Below are positions 1 to 13,172 of a stretch of 64,000 nt of DNA, one piece after another (position 1 is the first letter of the stretch; the number at the start of each line of letters is the position of its first letter). Both the position numbers and the translations under genes were made by a program. This DNA comes from Chrysemys picta bellii (lineage: Eukaryota). The stretch lies in NCBI RefSeq assembly GCF_011386835.1, contig NC_088804.1:9238001-9302000 (forward strand), given 5' to 3'. The notes under the pieces were generated by a model. It was given only the letters and a program-made list of their open reading frames with translations. It did not search any database and was not told where the DNA came from.

Positions 1-1160
1 TGCATTAAAATGGCAGCAGTCCAAAGACTCAGCTGAAATGCTGGCAACAAGGCCAGTACTCCAGGCAAGTTGAGCGCTGACCAGGCACTCTAGAAGTAAT
101 GGTCGTTCCAGCTTGTTACTGTATTTACTCCTGGGGGCAGCAGGGAGACGCGGGAAGCTTCCACTACAAACAGTTTAGCTAAAGGAAGAAAGAAATCAAG
201 TCGAATAGAGTTTGAGATGAGGATTGCTTGTCAATGGGCCTCATAATAGAATTCAAGTTTTACAATTTCTCTTTAAAGGTTGTTAATCTAGTTCGTCACA
301 GACCAAAGCCATAGTTAATGCTGAAGATATCATTTCACTCATCAACAAGCGAGAACACGGTTCTAATTCGCTAGATGCCCGGTTTTTCCCAACCGGCACA
401 GATCTTTCATCCCTTCCAAGTTTCTAATAGGTAAAAACCACAAGGATAAAGAAACCCCAAACTCTCTTCCCAGCATGAGGCAGATTCAGTTTCGCCACAA
501 GCTTCAAAGGCATGCATGCAAAGTAACTGACGAGTTAATCTGTGAAATTGATTAAATCTTGTCAGACATCACTAGAGCCCTGGATTCAGGTTTTTTTGTT
601 TTTAAAAGCAAAATCAACAGGATGATTCCTAAACCTGGCTGATGGCCGGGGGGGAAGAGAAGTGGGGCCAATGCTCCAAAAAACACGTACCAAGTGAAAT
701 CCCACTACACAGTTAAACCCAATATGGGCCTGATCCTGAGGAGTTGTAACACTGCACAGAGCACAAGCTAGCTGGAGCGGGAGGGTTGTGAGCACATATC
801 ACAGCTCACCTTAGCGCTGCTCAATACAGGCCAATTCCCCAGCACTGCAGGAGCTCTGAAAATGGCTCTAATTTATGTCAGGCAACACACGTGTGGCCTA
901 GAGACAGTCCAGCTAAACCCCCTTTGGCCACACCCCATTTCCATGCTACGCCGACATGGAGGGGCAGTGGATCTGGGCTACAGGCGGCTCACCCTGACAC
1001 TGGGAGTGCGGTCTCATCTCTGGTCTGGTTCAGCTGGTCTTAGAGCCAGAGCCTGCTGGGTGCATGGCACACCCCTTAAGTGCTTTGCTGAATCAGGGCC
1101 TTTGCTACCCTTATTGTGATGTATAATGTGCCATGCCTTAGCATGTACGTTCCCTGCAGA

Positions 1161-1712
1161 CAAGGCCGGCTCTAGGATTTTTGCCGCCCAAAGCAAAAAC
1201 AATTTTGGCCGCCCCCACCCCCCCCGGCCCCGCTTCAACTCCGTCCCCTTCCCCAAATCCCCAGCCCTGCCTCCTCCCCACAGGCTCTCAAGCCTAGGAG
1301 GGAGGGAGGGGGAGAAGCGGCGTGCACGCCGCGGCCACTCGGAGTCCCCCCACCCCAGGTTTGAGAGCCTGGGAGGGAGGGGGAGACTCCGAGTGGCCGC
1401 GGCGCGGGCGCCACTTCTCCCCCTCCCTCCCAGGCTCCCAAGCCTGGGAGGGAGGGGGAGCAGCAGCGTGCGAAACGGCCGCTCGGGATCTTCCCCCCCC
1501 CCAGGTTTGAGAGCCTGGGAGGGAGGGGGAGACTCCGAGTGGCCGCGGCGCGTGAAACAGCTGTTTTGCGCGCCGTGGCAGCAGCAGCGGAGGTGAGCTA
1601 GGGCGGCCGGGGCACATTTTTAGGGGCGGCATTCTGGCGCCGGCCATGCCGCCCCTAAAAATGTGCCGCCCCAAGCACCAGCTTGTTTTGCTGGTGCCTA
1701 GAGCCAGCCCTG
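1161..1712. mobile_element. Non-autonomous hAT element (MITE), CAGGGCCGGCTCTAG-type TIR
   Basis: TIRs caaggccggctctagg / cctagagccagccctg; perfect 8-bp TSD CCTGCAGA at 1153-1160 and 1713-1720; GC-rich interior with repeated modules. Confidence 0.9.
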
Positions 1713-3097
1713 CCTGCAGACAGGCTAAAACCATCTCATAATAGGCGCTTCCTAGCTAATCAAAATGTTAAGATTACTATGGGACAGCATTGTAACCTAC
1801 TGCACCAGTCAGGGAAAAACAAACAAGAACTTAAAAGCTAGGAAATGAGTCATTTAAGGCCCCATCAATCATACCTTGCCCATGTAATAAACACATTCTT
1901 ATCAAGTATATAAGAATGTGTACATCATATCAAACACACACGCACACCCTTAACTCGGACTCATGGGTTGGTATTGCTTTAACATTTTTTTCCCTTTGTC
2001 TTGATTTTTGGTATCTAAGTATTTTCTTTGAAAGGCTGCTGCCAAATGGGAACCATTATTTGTCAATTCAGACACAGGCTAATCTGGCAAAGTACTTATT
2101 GCTGTTGCTTTAGTCTAAATGTCATAGTTATTGGAGAAGTGCACAGTTATGGCTGCGGGCTTTGTTTGAGGTTAATCCGTTTGTCAGACTGTATATACAT
2201 GATTGGGCTTTTTTCCCAGCTCGGTTTTATATAAATCATTTTAAATAAAATGATTGCAGAACAAATAGGAATGTCAGTCAGAGTTACGGTTATTCTAAAG
2301 TGTCTGTTACAGGCATATATTGCTATACAAAACTGATTTTTTAGGGGCTTGAAAACGCATGCCCATGGTCATTAGACTCTATTACAATCCCCCTTTATTA
2401 TTAAGCTGTTCTATTATAGTAGCATCTCAACACACCTGTCAGGATGGGGGTTGCAGTTTAAAGACTGCCTGCACCTCTTTGTTGCTACAGGTTACAGATT
2501 ACTCCTGTCTGTGTTGTACTGATGTTTGCAACCCCAAGGTCTTTGCAAGAGGAACAGGGGTGGGTGAGTGCAGTGTGGCGACACACATTTGATGGGGGGG
2601 TGTGCAGAAGAGATGAGGAATCTGGCTGTGTCCTTTTGAAAGGGACTTGGGTAAACCTTGAGCTGTCAATAATGTTGTCCCGCCTTCTCCTGCTCTGAAT
2701 CGGACACAGATCTAAGGCCAGAAGCGTTACACTCACACCCATTTCCTATTACTCGTCAGAGAGCAGCCCAGGCACTCCATGTCTTCACTACCATCGGCAG
2801 CAAAAGAGTGTCTGGGCATGTGTTCTAAATTAGCCTGCAGCCAGCTCCCACTTCTTTATCCAATCTGAAGTGACCAATGCATCATTCATCTGCCATATTC
2901 AATAAGGCAGCATGGTCTGAACCGTGGGATCCTCTAGTCTCCTTATTCTCCCCCTCCAAGATACATCATATGACACCACCACTTCAGGATCCCAGGCGGG
3001 GAGGAGGAGAGTGTCTGGGTGGGTGTCACGTGCCTTGTGGACATGCAGGAAGGAGTCATGTGCACAGACTAACTGGAGAAAGGAAATAAAGGGCATC

Positions 3098-4187
3098 TGT
3101 GAGGCATGGCTAGAAAGGGTTAACCAGCCTGCAGGCTGAATGACCCAAAGCCCCCCTTTGAAGTCATGTTAGAAGGTATGCGAATGATCATTAGGGCCAT
3201 TCATGCTAAATAGACTAGAACTTTGAAATGCAAACCTATATTGTTAGAAATAAGACTAATGGTGGGTATCTTAGATGTTACCTGTAAACAGACAGTTCCA
3301 GTCTGTCACTATAACTATTGATTCAAAGATCAAAAGGGAATATTAACATTTGGATGAATCTTGGTTTAAAATAATGTCATTGTCTATATGTCTCTTTGAA
3401 GTTTATAATAGGCTGCCTAATGGCTAAATTACCCTCTCTTAATTTGTGTAACTAATTACTGGTGGTGTTTAGAAAGCAAAAGGTTACATCAAAAGCCTAT
3501 TGTTTAACCAGGACTGTGTGGTCAAGGGGATGCTAGGACACTGTATAGAAGGACCGGGTCCTGTTCCTGTATCTCAGATCCATGTAGGCTTCATCAGGGG
3601 AAGTTTGAGTCGCATGCCTGAGGGCCCAGTTATGCTGGGACGTCCTGAATATGAGATTTGGACATTGGACTGGGACCTATGAACTGAATTCTAAAGGAAC
3701 TCTTTGCAACTACATAACTCACCATCTCTGCTATGAATCTGACCCTCAATGGATTGAACTCAAGTCTGTCTGTATATTGATCTTTTAACCAGACTCTCTC
3801 TCTTTTGTCTTTTAGTTTAGTGAATAAGAATTGGCTGTAGCGTGTATTTGGGTAAGATCTGAAACATTCATTAACCTGGGAGGTGATGTGTCCGATCCTT
3901 TGGGATCGGTAGAACCTTTTCTTTTATACGATGAAATAAGATTTTCAGAAATCATCATATTTGACGTGGGTACCTGGATGGAGGCCTGAGGCTGGATCAC
4001 TTTAAGGGAACTGTGTTGTTTGCACTTCGGAGTAACCAGTGAGGTAATAAAGAAGCTGTTTGATGCTGGCTTGGTAAATCTAAGTATTGGAATATCCACC
4101 AGCTTTTGGGGGGTTGGCTGCCCCATTCTTTGCAGTTCAACCTAATTGAGTGACCACAGCTGGCTCCCCCTTAGGACACCGGTCACA
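3098..4187 (+). mobile_element. Solo LTR (Gypsy/ERV-like), about 1.09 kb
   Basis: TGTGA...TCACA termini; 5-bp flanks GCATC/GCAGC (TSD with one mismatch); internal AATAAA near 4046; no internal coding region. Confidence 0.8.
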
Positions 4188-5304
4188 GCAGCCAAAGCCA
4201 GAACACAACTAACCCCGTAGGGGCCCAGTTCAGCCCCAGCACCCCACTGGCTGCAGATAGTGACTTTGGTCCAGTTTTCAGGGGTGCAGTAGGGGCTCCT
4301 GGAGCGGGGAGGAGTTCACTTGGGAGGAGCCTGTCTAGTCATCCTTGGAACCTAAAGGAGTTAGTGTGCAGCTCTACTAGGGACATCAGCTTGTAAGAGG
4401 CCCTGGGAGGAGTTGCCTGTGCAATCGGTTTCAATGGTTTCAGCACCCAGATGCACCGTTCACAAGTTACAAAGGCAAACTGGCAAACCTGAGAGCTTGA
4501 CTTGGGATCCCAGAATAAAGCTGGACTCCTTCCTTCTTGTGCATTAGCAGCAGCAATCAAGTCTCTGCAGGCCAAATTAGGTCTTCAGTGACACCTGTGT
4601 GATCTCTCCCTCCTCCCTCTCCTTCAGTAGGGTAGGACGGATACAACTGATGGGAACTTAAACACTTCTGCTGAGGCCCAAGAAGGCAGAGTCCAGCTCA
4701 CGGCCCTGTGGCTGTGTTCTCTGCAGGGCAAAGAGGGGTAAAAAGGCAGCAAACCCCTATTTTATACACAGATCAGCAGCTACAAATGAATAGGCACAAG
4801 ACGCAGATCTCTTGAATACGACAGCAACCTTTTTACACAGTCACCTGTCAGAGTAGAGCTGAACATTGAGGACTTGTCGAAACACAAAAGAAAACTGCAG
4901 AATAACTCAGTATCTCCCTAACCAGCCAACAATGCACAATCCGCTTACTAGTTCAGGGGCCGCAGTGAGGGAGATCTAGCATCGTATTCACTGATGAAGG
5001 AAGCTCTCCAGGCCAGATCCCTCAAAGGTAGTTACAGTTCTACTTTCCATTGAAATCATTGAGGAATGGGGCCTTACTCACTATAGGAGAAGTTGCCATG
5101 GGAGTAACTGCATGCTCTGCCTTATAAGGTATTTACTGGGAAAGCAGTCAGAGTTTAGATAACGTATAAAATAAGATAGGAACGGCAGCATTGTTTCCAT
5201 GGCATGGAAAGCGTAAGATAGCGTGACCCAGCACACCAGATCGGTCTTCCAAGGCATCATCTTCAAGGAAAACATGGAGCAGAAATGGTGTTACAGAGGC
5301 TCTT

Positions 5305-5415
5305 TAGATTGTAAGTTCTCTAGGACAGGATATGTCAGTACAAAGCATATCCCCCTGGGACCCTGATCTCAGCTGGGGCCTCTAGGTGCATCTGGTATGA
5401 ATAAATAAATAAATA
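5305..5415 (+). mobile_element. Degenerate L2/MIR-type 3' tail
   Basis: tagattgtaagttctctaggacagg ... (aata)n resembles the L2 3' end. Confidence 0.45.
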
Positions 5416-6011
5416 CATACTACCACCGGCTAGCTCTTCTGCAGTGTTTCAATCAGTAGATCTCAAAGCACTTTACAGAGGCCGTCAGTATCATATCCCC
5501 ATTTTGCAGGTCTCCTGAGTCCCGTTCCAGTGTTCTAGCCACTAGGCCTTCTGCCCTGCAAAGATCACTTTCAACGGGTATTGCAGATCTGTGTAACCCT
5601 TCTATCTGGCCTTTTGGACCCCAGTAAGGGTAAATTGTGATGTCAATCAAGTGTCTTTGGTTACAGAATAAATACAAATCCAGCTCAAGCCCCCCCACCT
5701 TAGAGACACTTCCTGATAAGCACAGAAGTCCAAGAAAACAAAATACAGGGAGGGAGTGCAAAAAAGTGAGATAGGCATGGGTGCTTCCCCCTTCAGCCAG
5801 GGATGGGCAGAGAGATGTGAAGGTCCCAAGGTTGCAACTTGCTAAACCAATTTAGCCAAACGGTACAGCCTGGTCATTCTCCATAGCATCAGGACATAGT
5901 ACCCAGATAGGAACACAGGAAAACACACCTAATGTCCCCCATTACCGTCCCATCTGAGCACCTCTCCAGCTACAATGCATTTCTCCTCATGCCCCTGTGA
6001 GGCATGGCAGT

Positions 6012-6150
6012 ACTATCTTCCCCATTATACAAATGGGAATTCAGGCACTGAGAGACGAAGTTACTTGCCCAGTCTCACACAAGACGTCTGTGGCAGAGCA
6101 AGTCTTCCAAATCCTAGTCTAGCGTCTTACCCACTGGACCATCCTTCCTC
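6012..6150 (-). mobile_element. MIR/CORE-SINE relic
   Basis: ccccattatacaaatgggaattcaggcactgagag...gttacttgccca core motif. Confidence 0.6.
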
Positions 6151-6929
6151 TCTACCCAATTGCATACAGCAAGTGCCTGCTCCTTAGCACAAGGAAACTC
6201 AGTAGCCACCTCACAGGTGCAGGCAATGAAAGGTTCTTGCCAAGTGACACTGGTGTTGGTATCATCAACCAGGTAACCATCTGCAATTAACTTTGAACGA
6301 GACTCACCAGAGCAGAATCCAGGGCTTGGCACCAGGAACCTGGGGACAACCAAACAAAGCGGAGCGTGAAGGGAAGGAGCCAACTGGCCCCCGGCACTCC
6401 TTTCTCCCCTGCCACTGACCGCCTTCTTCACTGCCGGGGCGTGGCACTGCACAGACCCGCTCTCCTGTCTCAGCTCTGACTGCTGCTTTGCCCAAAGGAA
6501 GCTGCCTCCGCCCCCCCAGTTCCTTTAGGTTCCTGAGGGCGGGGCGAGGCGGCTGACAATAGGGCAAAGAACCTGTCCGTCAGGGATTGCTGGCTGGCCA
6601 GCAAAGCCAGGAGAGCGCGTTTGCCACTCACTGGGCTTCCCCGGTTCAAGCTGACGCTACGCTTTGGTCTTAAGAGCACGTCGACGGTCGTTGCAGGCTG
6701 TGTGATGATTCACTCCGCTTAAAGACAACCGCCTGGCTCTAGTAAAAATAGACCCTGGCTTGCTCCGGTGCGCTGGGCAGGAAAGGCCAGTCCCCCCAGC
6801 GGGACGTCGAGCAAGAGGGTAGACACCAAGAGTGCAATGAGGGGGTAGGCAGACGGTAGCTGTGTGCGCTCAGCCCACAAGCTGTGCCCTTCGGGACTGG
6901 TTTATCTGGAGGGTGGCCTGACTCATGGG

Positions 6930-7152
6930 CAGGGGCGGCTCTAGCTTTTTTGCCGCCCCAAGCACGGCAGGCCGGCTGCCTTCGGCGGCGTGCCTGCGGG
7001 AGGTCCCTGGTCCTGCGGCTTCGGCGTACCCTCCGCCGCCGATGCCGCAGGACTGGCAGACCTCCCGCCGGCTGGCTGACTGTCGCCCTCGCAGGGACCA
7101 GCAGGGCAGCCCCCGCGGCTTGCCGCCCCAGGCACGCGTTGGAGAGCTGGAG
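6930..7152. mobile_element. hAT MITE (CAGGGGCGGCTCTAG family), right end degraded
   Basis: The left TIR and gccgccccaagcac subterminal motif resemble the 1161 element; the right subterminal gccgccccaggcacgc is present but the TIR and TSD are unclear. Confidence 0.7.
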
Positions 7153-8034
7153 ATGTCCTCTAACGGACCCACCTGCTGCTCCACCAGCGTCACCGCGCTG
7201 AAGAACTGCTCCTGGGGGAGACCGACACACTTTTGGCCCCAGACGCGAAAAAGCTGCCAAATAAGCCAGGGCGACACTTCGTGTTGCAACATCAGTAGCG
7301 CTATTGCCTCTGAGAGACCTTTCGGCCTAGCTCAACTATAGTAATTGGTTTAATATCAGATGCTTCCCCGCGGAGCGGCCTGGATATGGCGGAAGGGCGC
7401 AGGGCCCCTCCAGTTACTCTGACGACAGACTCCGAGGTTACTGCACGGAATCAAGGTTTTACGGCACAACGAGACCCAGAGCCACATGAGACGTCCTGTA
7501 GAAATATCAGCGTGCTGCTGTGCGAGGAGACGCGCAGTGACTCACTGGTTTCCAAGGTCAGACTTCTAGCAGTTGAGCCAGATGGATCTATCTGTGTCGC
7601 TGCCATACCCATGGCAGGGAGATTGGGGCATTACGCACCAGCAGGATGTGTCCGTAAAGGCCACCTTGCACGGCCGTTCTGGGTTTCAGCCGCTGTTACT
7701 TCCGGTGAGGAATTCTGGACAACTCCATGAGAAACAGGGGTGGGCTGTTCTGCTGTAGTCAGTCGGGGCCACCTGCACAGCCGACGGGTTTTGCACTGCG
7801 CTCTGAAAGCGGTCGGACACATCCTCGGGCCTGGCAGGAAGGGATTCCACAGCCACGCGGGCCCTGCTCAAAACATCCGGCCCTCAGGGACAAAAGAGAT
7901 GAAGGGAAAAACAATACAAGGCCAATGGCTGCACCCTTAGAAGGCAAGAGCGGAGGTCACTTTTGTTTAGAGTACTTATACTTCTCTTTCTTACTGTATT
8001 TCAATGTCTACATGCTAGAGCAAATACATAGAGG

Positions 8035-8250
8035 TAGGACGGCCATGTGGTTAAGGCACTGGATTGAGACTCAGAAGATCTAGGGGCAACTTCCTGGCTC
8101 TTCCACAGACTCCCTGGCTGACCATGGGGAAAATCACTTCACCATGACGTGCCTCAGTTTCCCCTCTTTACAACGCTGTCTTACCTCGCAGGGGTGTTGT
8201 GAGGGTTGATACATGAAATGTGTGCACGATGCTCCGACACTATCACTATT
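8035..8250 (+). mobile_element. MIR/CORE-SINE relic
   Basis: tRNA-like head (gtggttaaggcactgg) plus gtgcctcagtttcccct core. Confidence 0.65.
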
Positions 8251-8570
8251 ATTATTCTAATCAGGGACCCCGTTGTGCTTGGTGCTGTCCAAACAAAAGA
8301 TGGGGCCCCCTTAAGCATCAATCTAGGTCAGACAGAAGACCCAGCCACGAAGTTAATCACGTGATTAAAATTAAGCGTCTGCTCAAGTTCACCCGTATTC
8401 AGCAAAACACCTCCACACTTGGGCTTCATTTTAATCACATGCTTCAGAGCCACTGAAGTCAAAGGGACTTAAGCGCTTGCTTTTGTGCTTTGCTGAATCA
8501 GGGCCCCAGTCAACCATTTAAGATACAGGCAAGGGTGAGACCCAACCAGGGAACGTTCTTGCCCAAGGAG

Positions 8571-8980
8571 CATAGACGCCGACTCTGTGGGTGCTCTGGG
8601 GCTGGAGCACGCATGGAAAAAAATTGGTGGGTGCTGCTCCCCGCTCCGCTCCCCCTGCTCCAGCTCGCCTCCACCTCCTCCGCGAGCGTGCCGCCGCATC
8701 TTGCTTCTCCCCCCTCCCTCCCAGCGCTTGCGTCACGAAACAGCTGATTCACAGGGCAGGGAGGGAGCGGGGGGAATACGCGGCGAGCTGGGGGAAGAGG
8801 CGGGCTGGGGCGGGGATTTGCGGAAGGGATCCAAAAGGGGCAGGGAGGGGGCGGAGTTAGGGCGGGGACTTTGGGGATGGGGTTGGAATGGGGGCAGGGC
8901 AAGGGTGGGGTTGGGGCGGGGAAAGGGGTGGGGCCAGGGGTGGGGGCACCCACCGGCGCCAGAGAAAGTTGGCACCTATG
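8571..8980. mobile_element. hAT MITE (CATAGGCGCCGACT-type TIR), G-rich interior
   Basis: TIRs catagacgccgact / agttggcacctatg; perfect 8-bp TSD CCAAGGAG at 8563-8570 and 8981-8988. Confidence 0.9.
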
Positions 8981-9099
8981 CCAAGGAGGAGTAAGATGTT
9001 CGCACGATTACCCCAGCAGAGCAAGGAAGCCAGCATTAAATGCTGAACAGGGCGCTACGAGGCCTTTCTGCATTGGACCCAAACAACAGACCCAGGCCT

Positions 9100-9551
9100 G
9101 GCTTTTAAATATCTGAGTTTCTTTATTAACCTGAGTATAACAAATATAACATGTACACAGTATAAAAATGACCATAGAGCATGAGAGGGTTATGGGTACA
9201 GCACAGATACGTGATCTATACACAGGAATGGGCGGTAATATATTAAGCATTTCGTTGTTTGGAAAAAAGCAAGTTCTGATCTGTAAAAATTTTCAACCCA
9301 TTCCACTGAAATTATACAAAGTACCTTCAATACTTAAAAGTGACTGGAGGGAGGCAGGAGAGGTCTCCGTTCTGCCCATGACTGTTACCCTGGCCCGGGA
9401 ACGTACAACGCCAATGCAGCGGTTTCTCCGGGTTGGCGAGTTTTTAATAAAATAAACTAATTAAATTAAAAGAGTACAAAGGTTTAAAAGCATGTGAAAC
9501 ATGCACCCTCCGGAAACCGGCAACATGCAGACAACACCGAGGCTCCCGGCG
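9100..9551 (-). other. CPNE2: CPNE2 3' UTR (approximate end)
   Basis: Follows the stop codon, is AT-rich, and has a canonical AATAAA at 9122-9127; the cleavage site is inferred about 20 nt downstream. Confidence 0.7.
9122..9127 (-). terminator. Putative polyadenylation signal AATAAA of CPNE2
   Basis: tttatt on the plus strand, about 425 nt after the stop codon. Confidence 0.65.
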
Positions 9552-9752
<201 letters not shown>

Positions 9753-10179
9753 TTACCAGGGTGGGTGTAGGCCCACCTACGGTTACCAGGTTTTCATGCA
9801 AGCCCAGGTGCTGGTAGAGAAGGTAACTGTTGCCACGGTGGCTTTAGATCACGCCCACTCACCACTACAATGGAGGCCAGCGGGGCTGATACGTTAGAGA
9901 ATGTGCCTTGGTATCCTGCCTCTCTTTCTCCCGGCATCCCAAAGCACTTAGAGAGTTGAGTCAGACGGTCACCCTGCAGTGACTGCGTGGGCAGTATACA
10001 CTCGCTAATAGCTCTCACACAGCCTCGGACAGCAGCAGCTGCTCTGAAGGGAGAAGGGATGGTGGCCGGGACACTGGGACTATCCTCACAGCGCTATTGT
10101 ACGGGATTGCTTGCTGGACAGCAGGAACTTCACGTTAGCCCCCATGGAGTCTGAAATGCCTCCATGCAGAGGAGGCAGA

Positions 10180-10325
10180 ATTGCCTAGTGGTTATGACCC
10201 AGGTCTGGGAGTCAGGGATTCCGGGTTATAACCCCAGCTCTGCCACCAACCTGCTTTGTGAGCTTGGGCAGCGTCACTTACGCTCTCTTTGCTCCGGCCT
10301 GCAAAACAGATGCAAGTGGCAAGCC
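10180..10325 (+). mobile_element. MIR/CORE-SINE relic in the last CPNE2 intron
   Basis: gcctagtggtta...ctgggagtcaggga...ctctgccac head. Confidence 0.55.
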
Positions 10326-10532
10326 TTGCTGCCCAGACTCACGCTTATCTGCGCTTTGATTTTGCTGGCAGTCTGGAAAATGCTGGTAACGTCCCCAACG
10401 TCTCATCGGCAGCGATGCACCACGTGAGAACTGCGTAGGACTCCCAGTCTAGCAAGAGGCCTCTGACTCTGAGCTGGGCGTGCTACCAGCTGCACCACAC
10501 AGCCTAAGTACCTAGAATGCTCTACAGCACTA

Positions 10533-11117
<585 letters not shown>

Positions 11118-11319
11118 TTATGATACGGGCATGTCAAGAGCCTAAGTGATTTAGGAGCATAAGCACCACTGACTCTCAATGAGATTCACTTTCAATGGGA
11201 CTTGCGCTGCTATATTACTTTGAAAACCCCACCTGTAGGTGCCTGAACATAAAATTTGCAACCTAACTTTAGGCTCCTATTTCAGAAAATTTGGGCCAGT
11301 GTCTCCTCACGATCCAGCT

Positions 11320-11910
11320 ATACCCATCCTCCATCAACCCACTGCTCCGAAGCCCTGTAGGCCCCTTACTCACCTCCTCAGACCTCTCTCCCCCTCATTC
11401 GCCAGGAGACTCGGTCTCCTCCGAGTTGCTTTACACTCCTGCAACCACCCTTCCATGAGGAAGCACCTCAAGCCAACATCTCTCCTGGTCACTGGTCGCC
11501 CACCCAGCCACCTCCCTTACGGTTTCCTCACTGACTCTCTGGACATTTGCTCCCACCCTACCCACATCTCCACTAAAAATGGCTGACTCACCCAGAGGAA
11601 AGCCCTGAGACTGAAGCCACCCCTGGGTTAGCACCCTCTACCGCACCCATCTCCCGGCTTCTAAGAACTATCTAGTTCCCAGGTGTCACCCGCCTAGAAG
11701 CTGGTCTGTTTTCAAAGCGTTCCAAATGCACCTTTGCACAACTGGTCCCGAGTCTCCTATGAAACTTAGTACAATTCTCGTGATCTTTATTCACTCTCAC
11801 CCTCTTCCCTTCCTCTTGTATTGCTCGTTGCCTGTGTTTGTTCCATTAAGACAAACAGGTCAGAGCTGTGGCCGTTTAATCTTTGTTAAGTGGACATTTG
11901 ATAAATATTC
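11320..11910 (+). mobile_element. Probable old L2 LINE 3' region
   Basis: Pyrimidine-rich decayed sequence typical of L2 3' ends; no intact ORF; boundaries approximate. Confidence 0.35.
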
Positions 11911-11999
11911 GATACCTGTAGCAGAACCATTAGTGGAGCCACTGGGTGAAACCAATTCTTGTGAGCCCCTGGGATCTGCAGTGTTCAATTGCTTTGGGG

Positions 12000-12150
12000 A
12001 GGCAGTGTGGCATAGTGGATACTGCACTAGACTGAGACTCTGCCACTGGCCTGCTGGGGGCCTCAGTCTCTGTGCCTCAGTTTTCCCCTCTGTAAAATGG
12101 GGACAGTGATCCTGGCCTCCTGTATAAAGCACTTTGAGCTGCACTGATGA
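12000..12150 (+). mobile_element. MIR/CORE-SINE relic
   Basis: ggcagtgtggcatagtggata head and gtgcctcagttttcccctctgtaaaatgggga core. Confidence 0.7.
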
Positions 12151-12961
12151 GAAGAGCTAGAGATTGTTATTAACAAAATTTGCCCCATTTCAGTGCGAGT
12201 TTTGCCTCCATCACAGGGAGTTCAAGAGTCAACTTTGCTCAAGGGGTGAGAGAAGCAACATGAGTCAAAACCCAGACAAACCCAACCTGGTAATTTACAC
12301 GCTGCTCTTCTCCATAGCCCATTACCGATCCACTGGGCTAGACAGTCCACATCTCCCCAGCTTGCTATGCCATTGACTGGACTACGCAACTTCCATCCAT
12401 TCTATTCACCGAGGGCAAAATCGCCGTGAGCAGAAAGCCAGCAAATGACCCGAGTATCACTCCAGCTCTCAATAAAGGGTTTACAATGGCCTGAGCGGTA
12501 TGTCTACACTGCAATTAAACAGCCCATGTCGGCCGACTCTGGCTTATGGGGCTGTAAAATTGCAATGTAGATGTGCACCAAGCTTTGGGATCCCACCAGG
12601 AGTCCACGGGCTGTGTGCCGACCCTCTGCCCAGGGGTGACTGTCATAGCCAGCTCCTGATGCTATAGCAGCGAGCAAACACCACGTGGTTCCAACTCAAC
12701 TGTCTACGGTCAACCTTCCCCACTCCCACTGGGTCAGTCCATTGTTTCTAAAAGGAAAAAAACCCAAATGGCACGCGAGCTGATTTTCAGTGGCACTCAC
12801 ACTGCTCGGGTCCTGGCCACCAGTCCGGGGGCCTCTGCATTTTCATTTAATCTTAAATGAAGCTTCTTCAACATTTTAAAAACCTTATTTACTTTACACA
12901 CAACAATAGTTTAGTTATACATTGTAGACTTATAGAAAGAGACCTTCTAAAAATGTTAAAA

Positions 12962-13162
12962 TAGAAATTAATGGAGATACCCCATTTCCTAGAACTGGAA
13001 GGGACCTTGACAGGTCATTGAGTCGAGTCCAGCCCCCTGCCTTCACTAGCAGGACCAAGTACTGATTTTGCCCCAAATCCCCAAGTGGCCCCCACAAGGA
13101 TTGAACTCACAACCCTGGGTTTAGGAGGCCAATGCTCAAACCACTGAGCTATCCCTCCCTCC
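12962..13162 (-). mobile_element. tRNA-Lys-derived SINE with CR1 3' tail (tortoise polIII/SINE type)
   Basis: Minus-strand head gggatagctcagtggtttgagcattggcc...gggttgtgagttcaatcct (A and B boxes), followed by the CR1-like tail ggtcccttccagttctagg. Confidence 0.85.
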
Positions 13163-13172
13163 AAAAGCTCAT

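Noticed and set aside
1126-1734. Overlapping 62-156 aa ORFs
   Set aside because: They coincide with a GC-rich MITE bounded by TIRs and a TSD; no protein family resemblance.
8469-8994. Overlapping Gly/Pro-rich ORFs
   Set aside because: G-rich interior of a hAT MITE with an 8-bp TSD.
1-9000. PSME3IP1/FAM192A coding exons expected from human synteny
   Set aside because: No matching peptide was seen in any frame, so no gene symbol is assigned.
13075-13162. tRNA-Lys-like sequence (also 63110-63196) as tRNA genes
   Set aside because: These are SINE heads fused to CR1 tails; the cloverleaf is degenerate.
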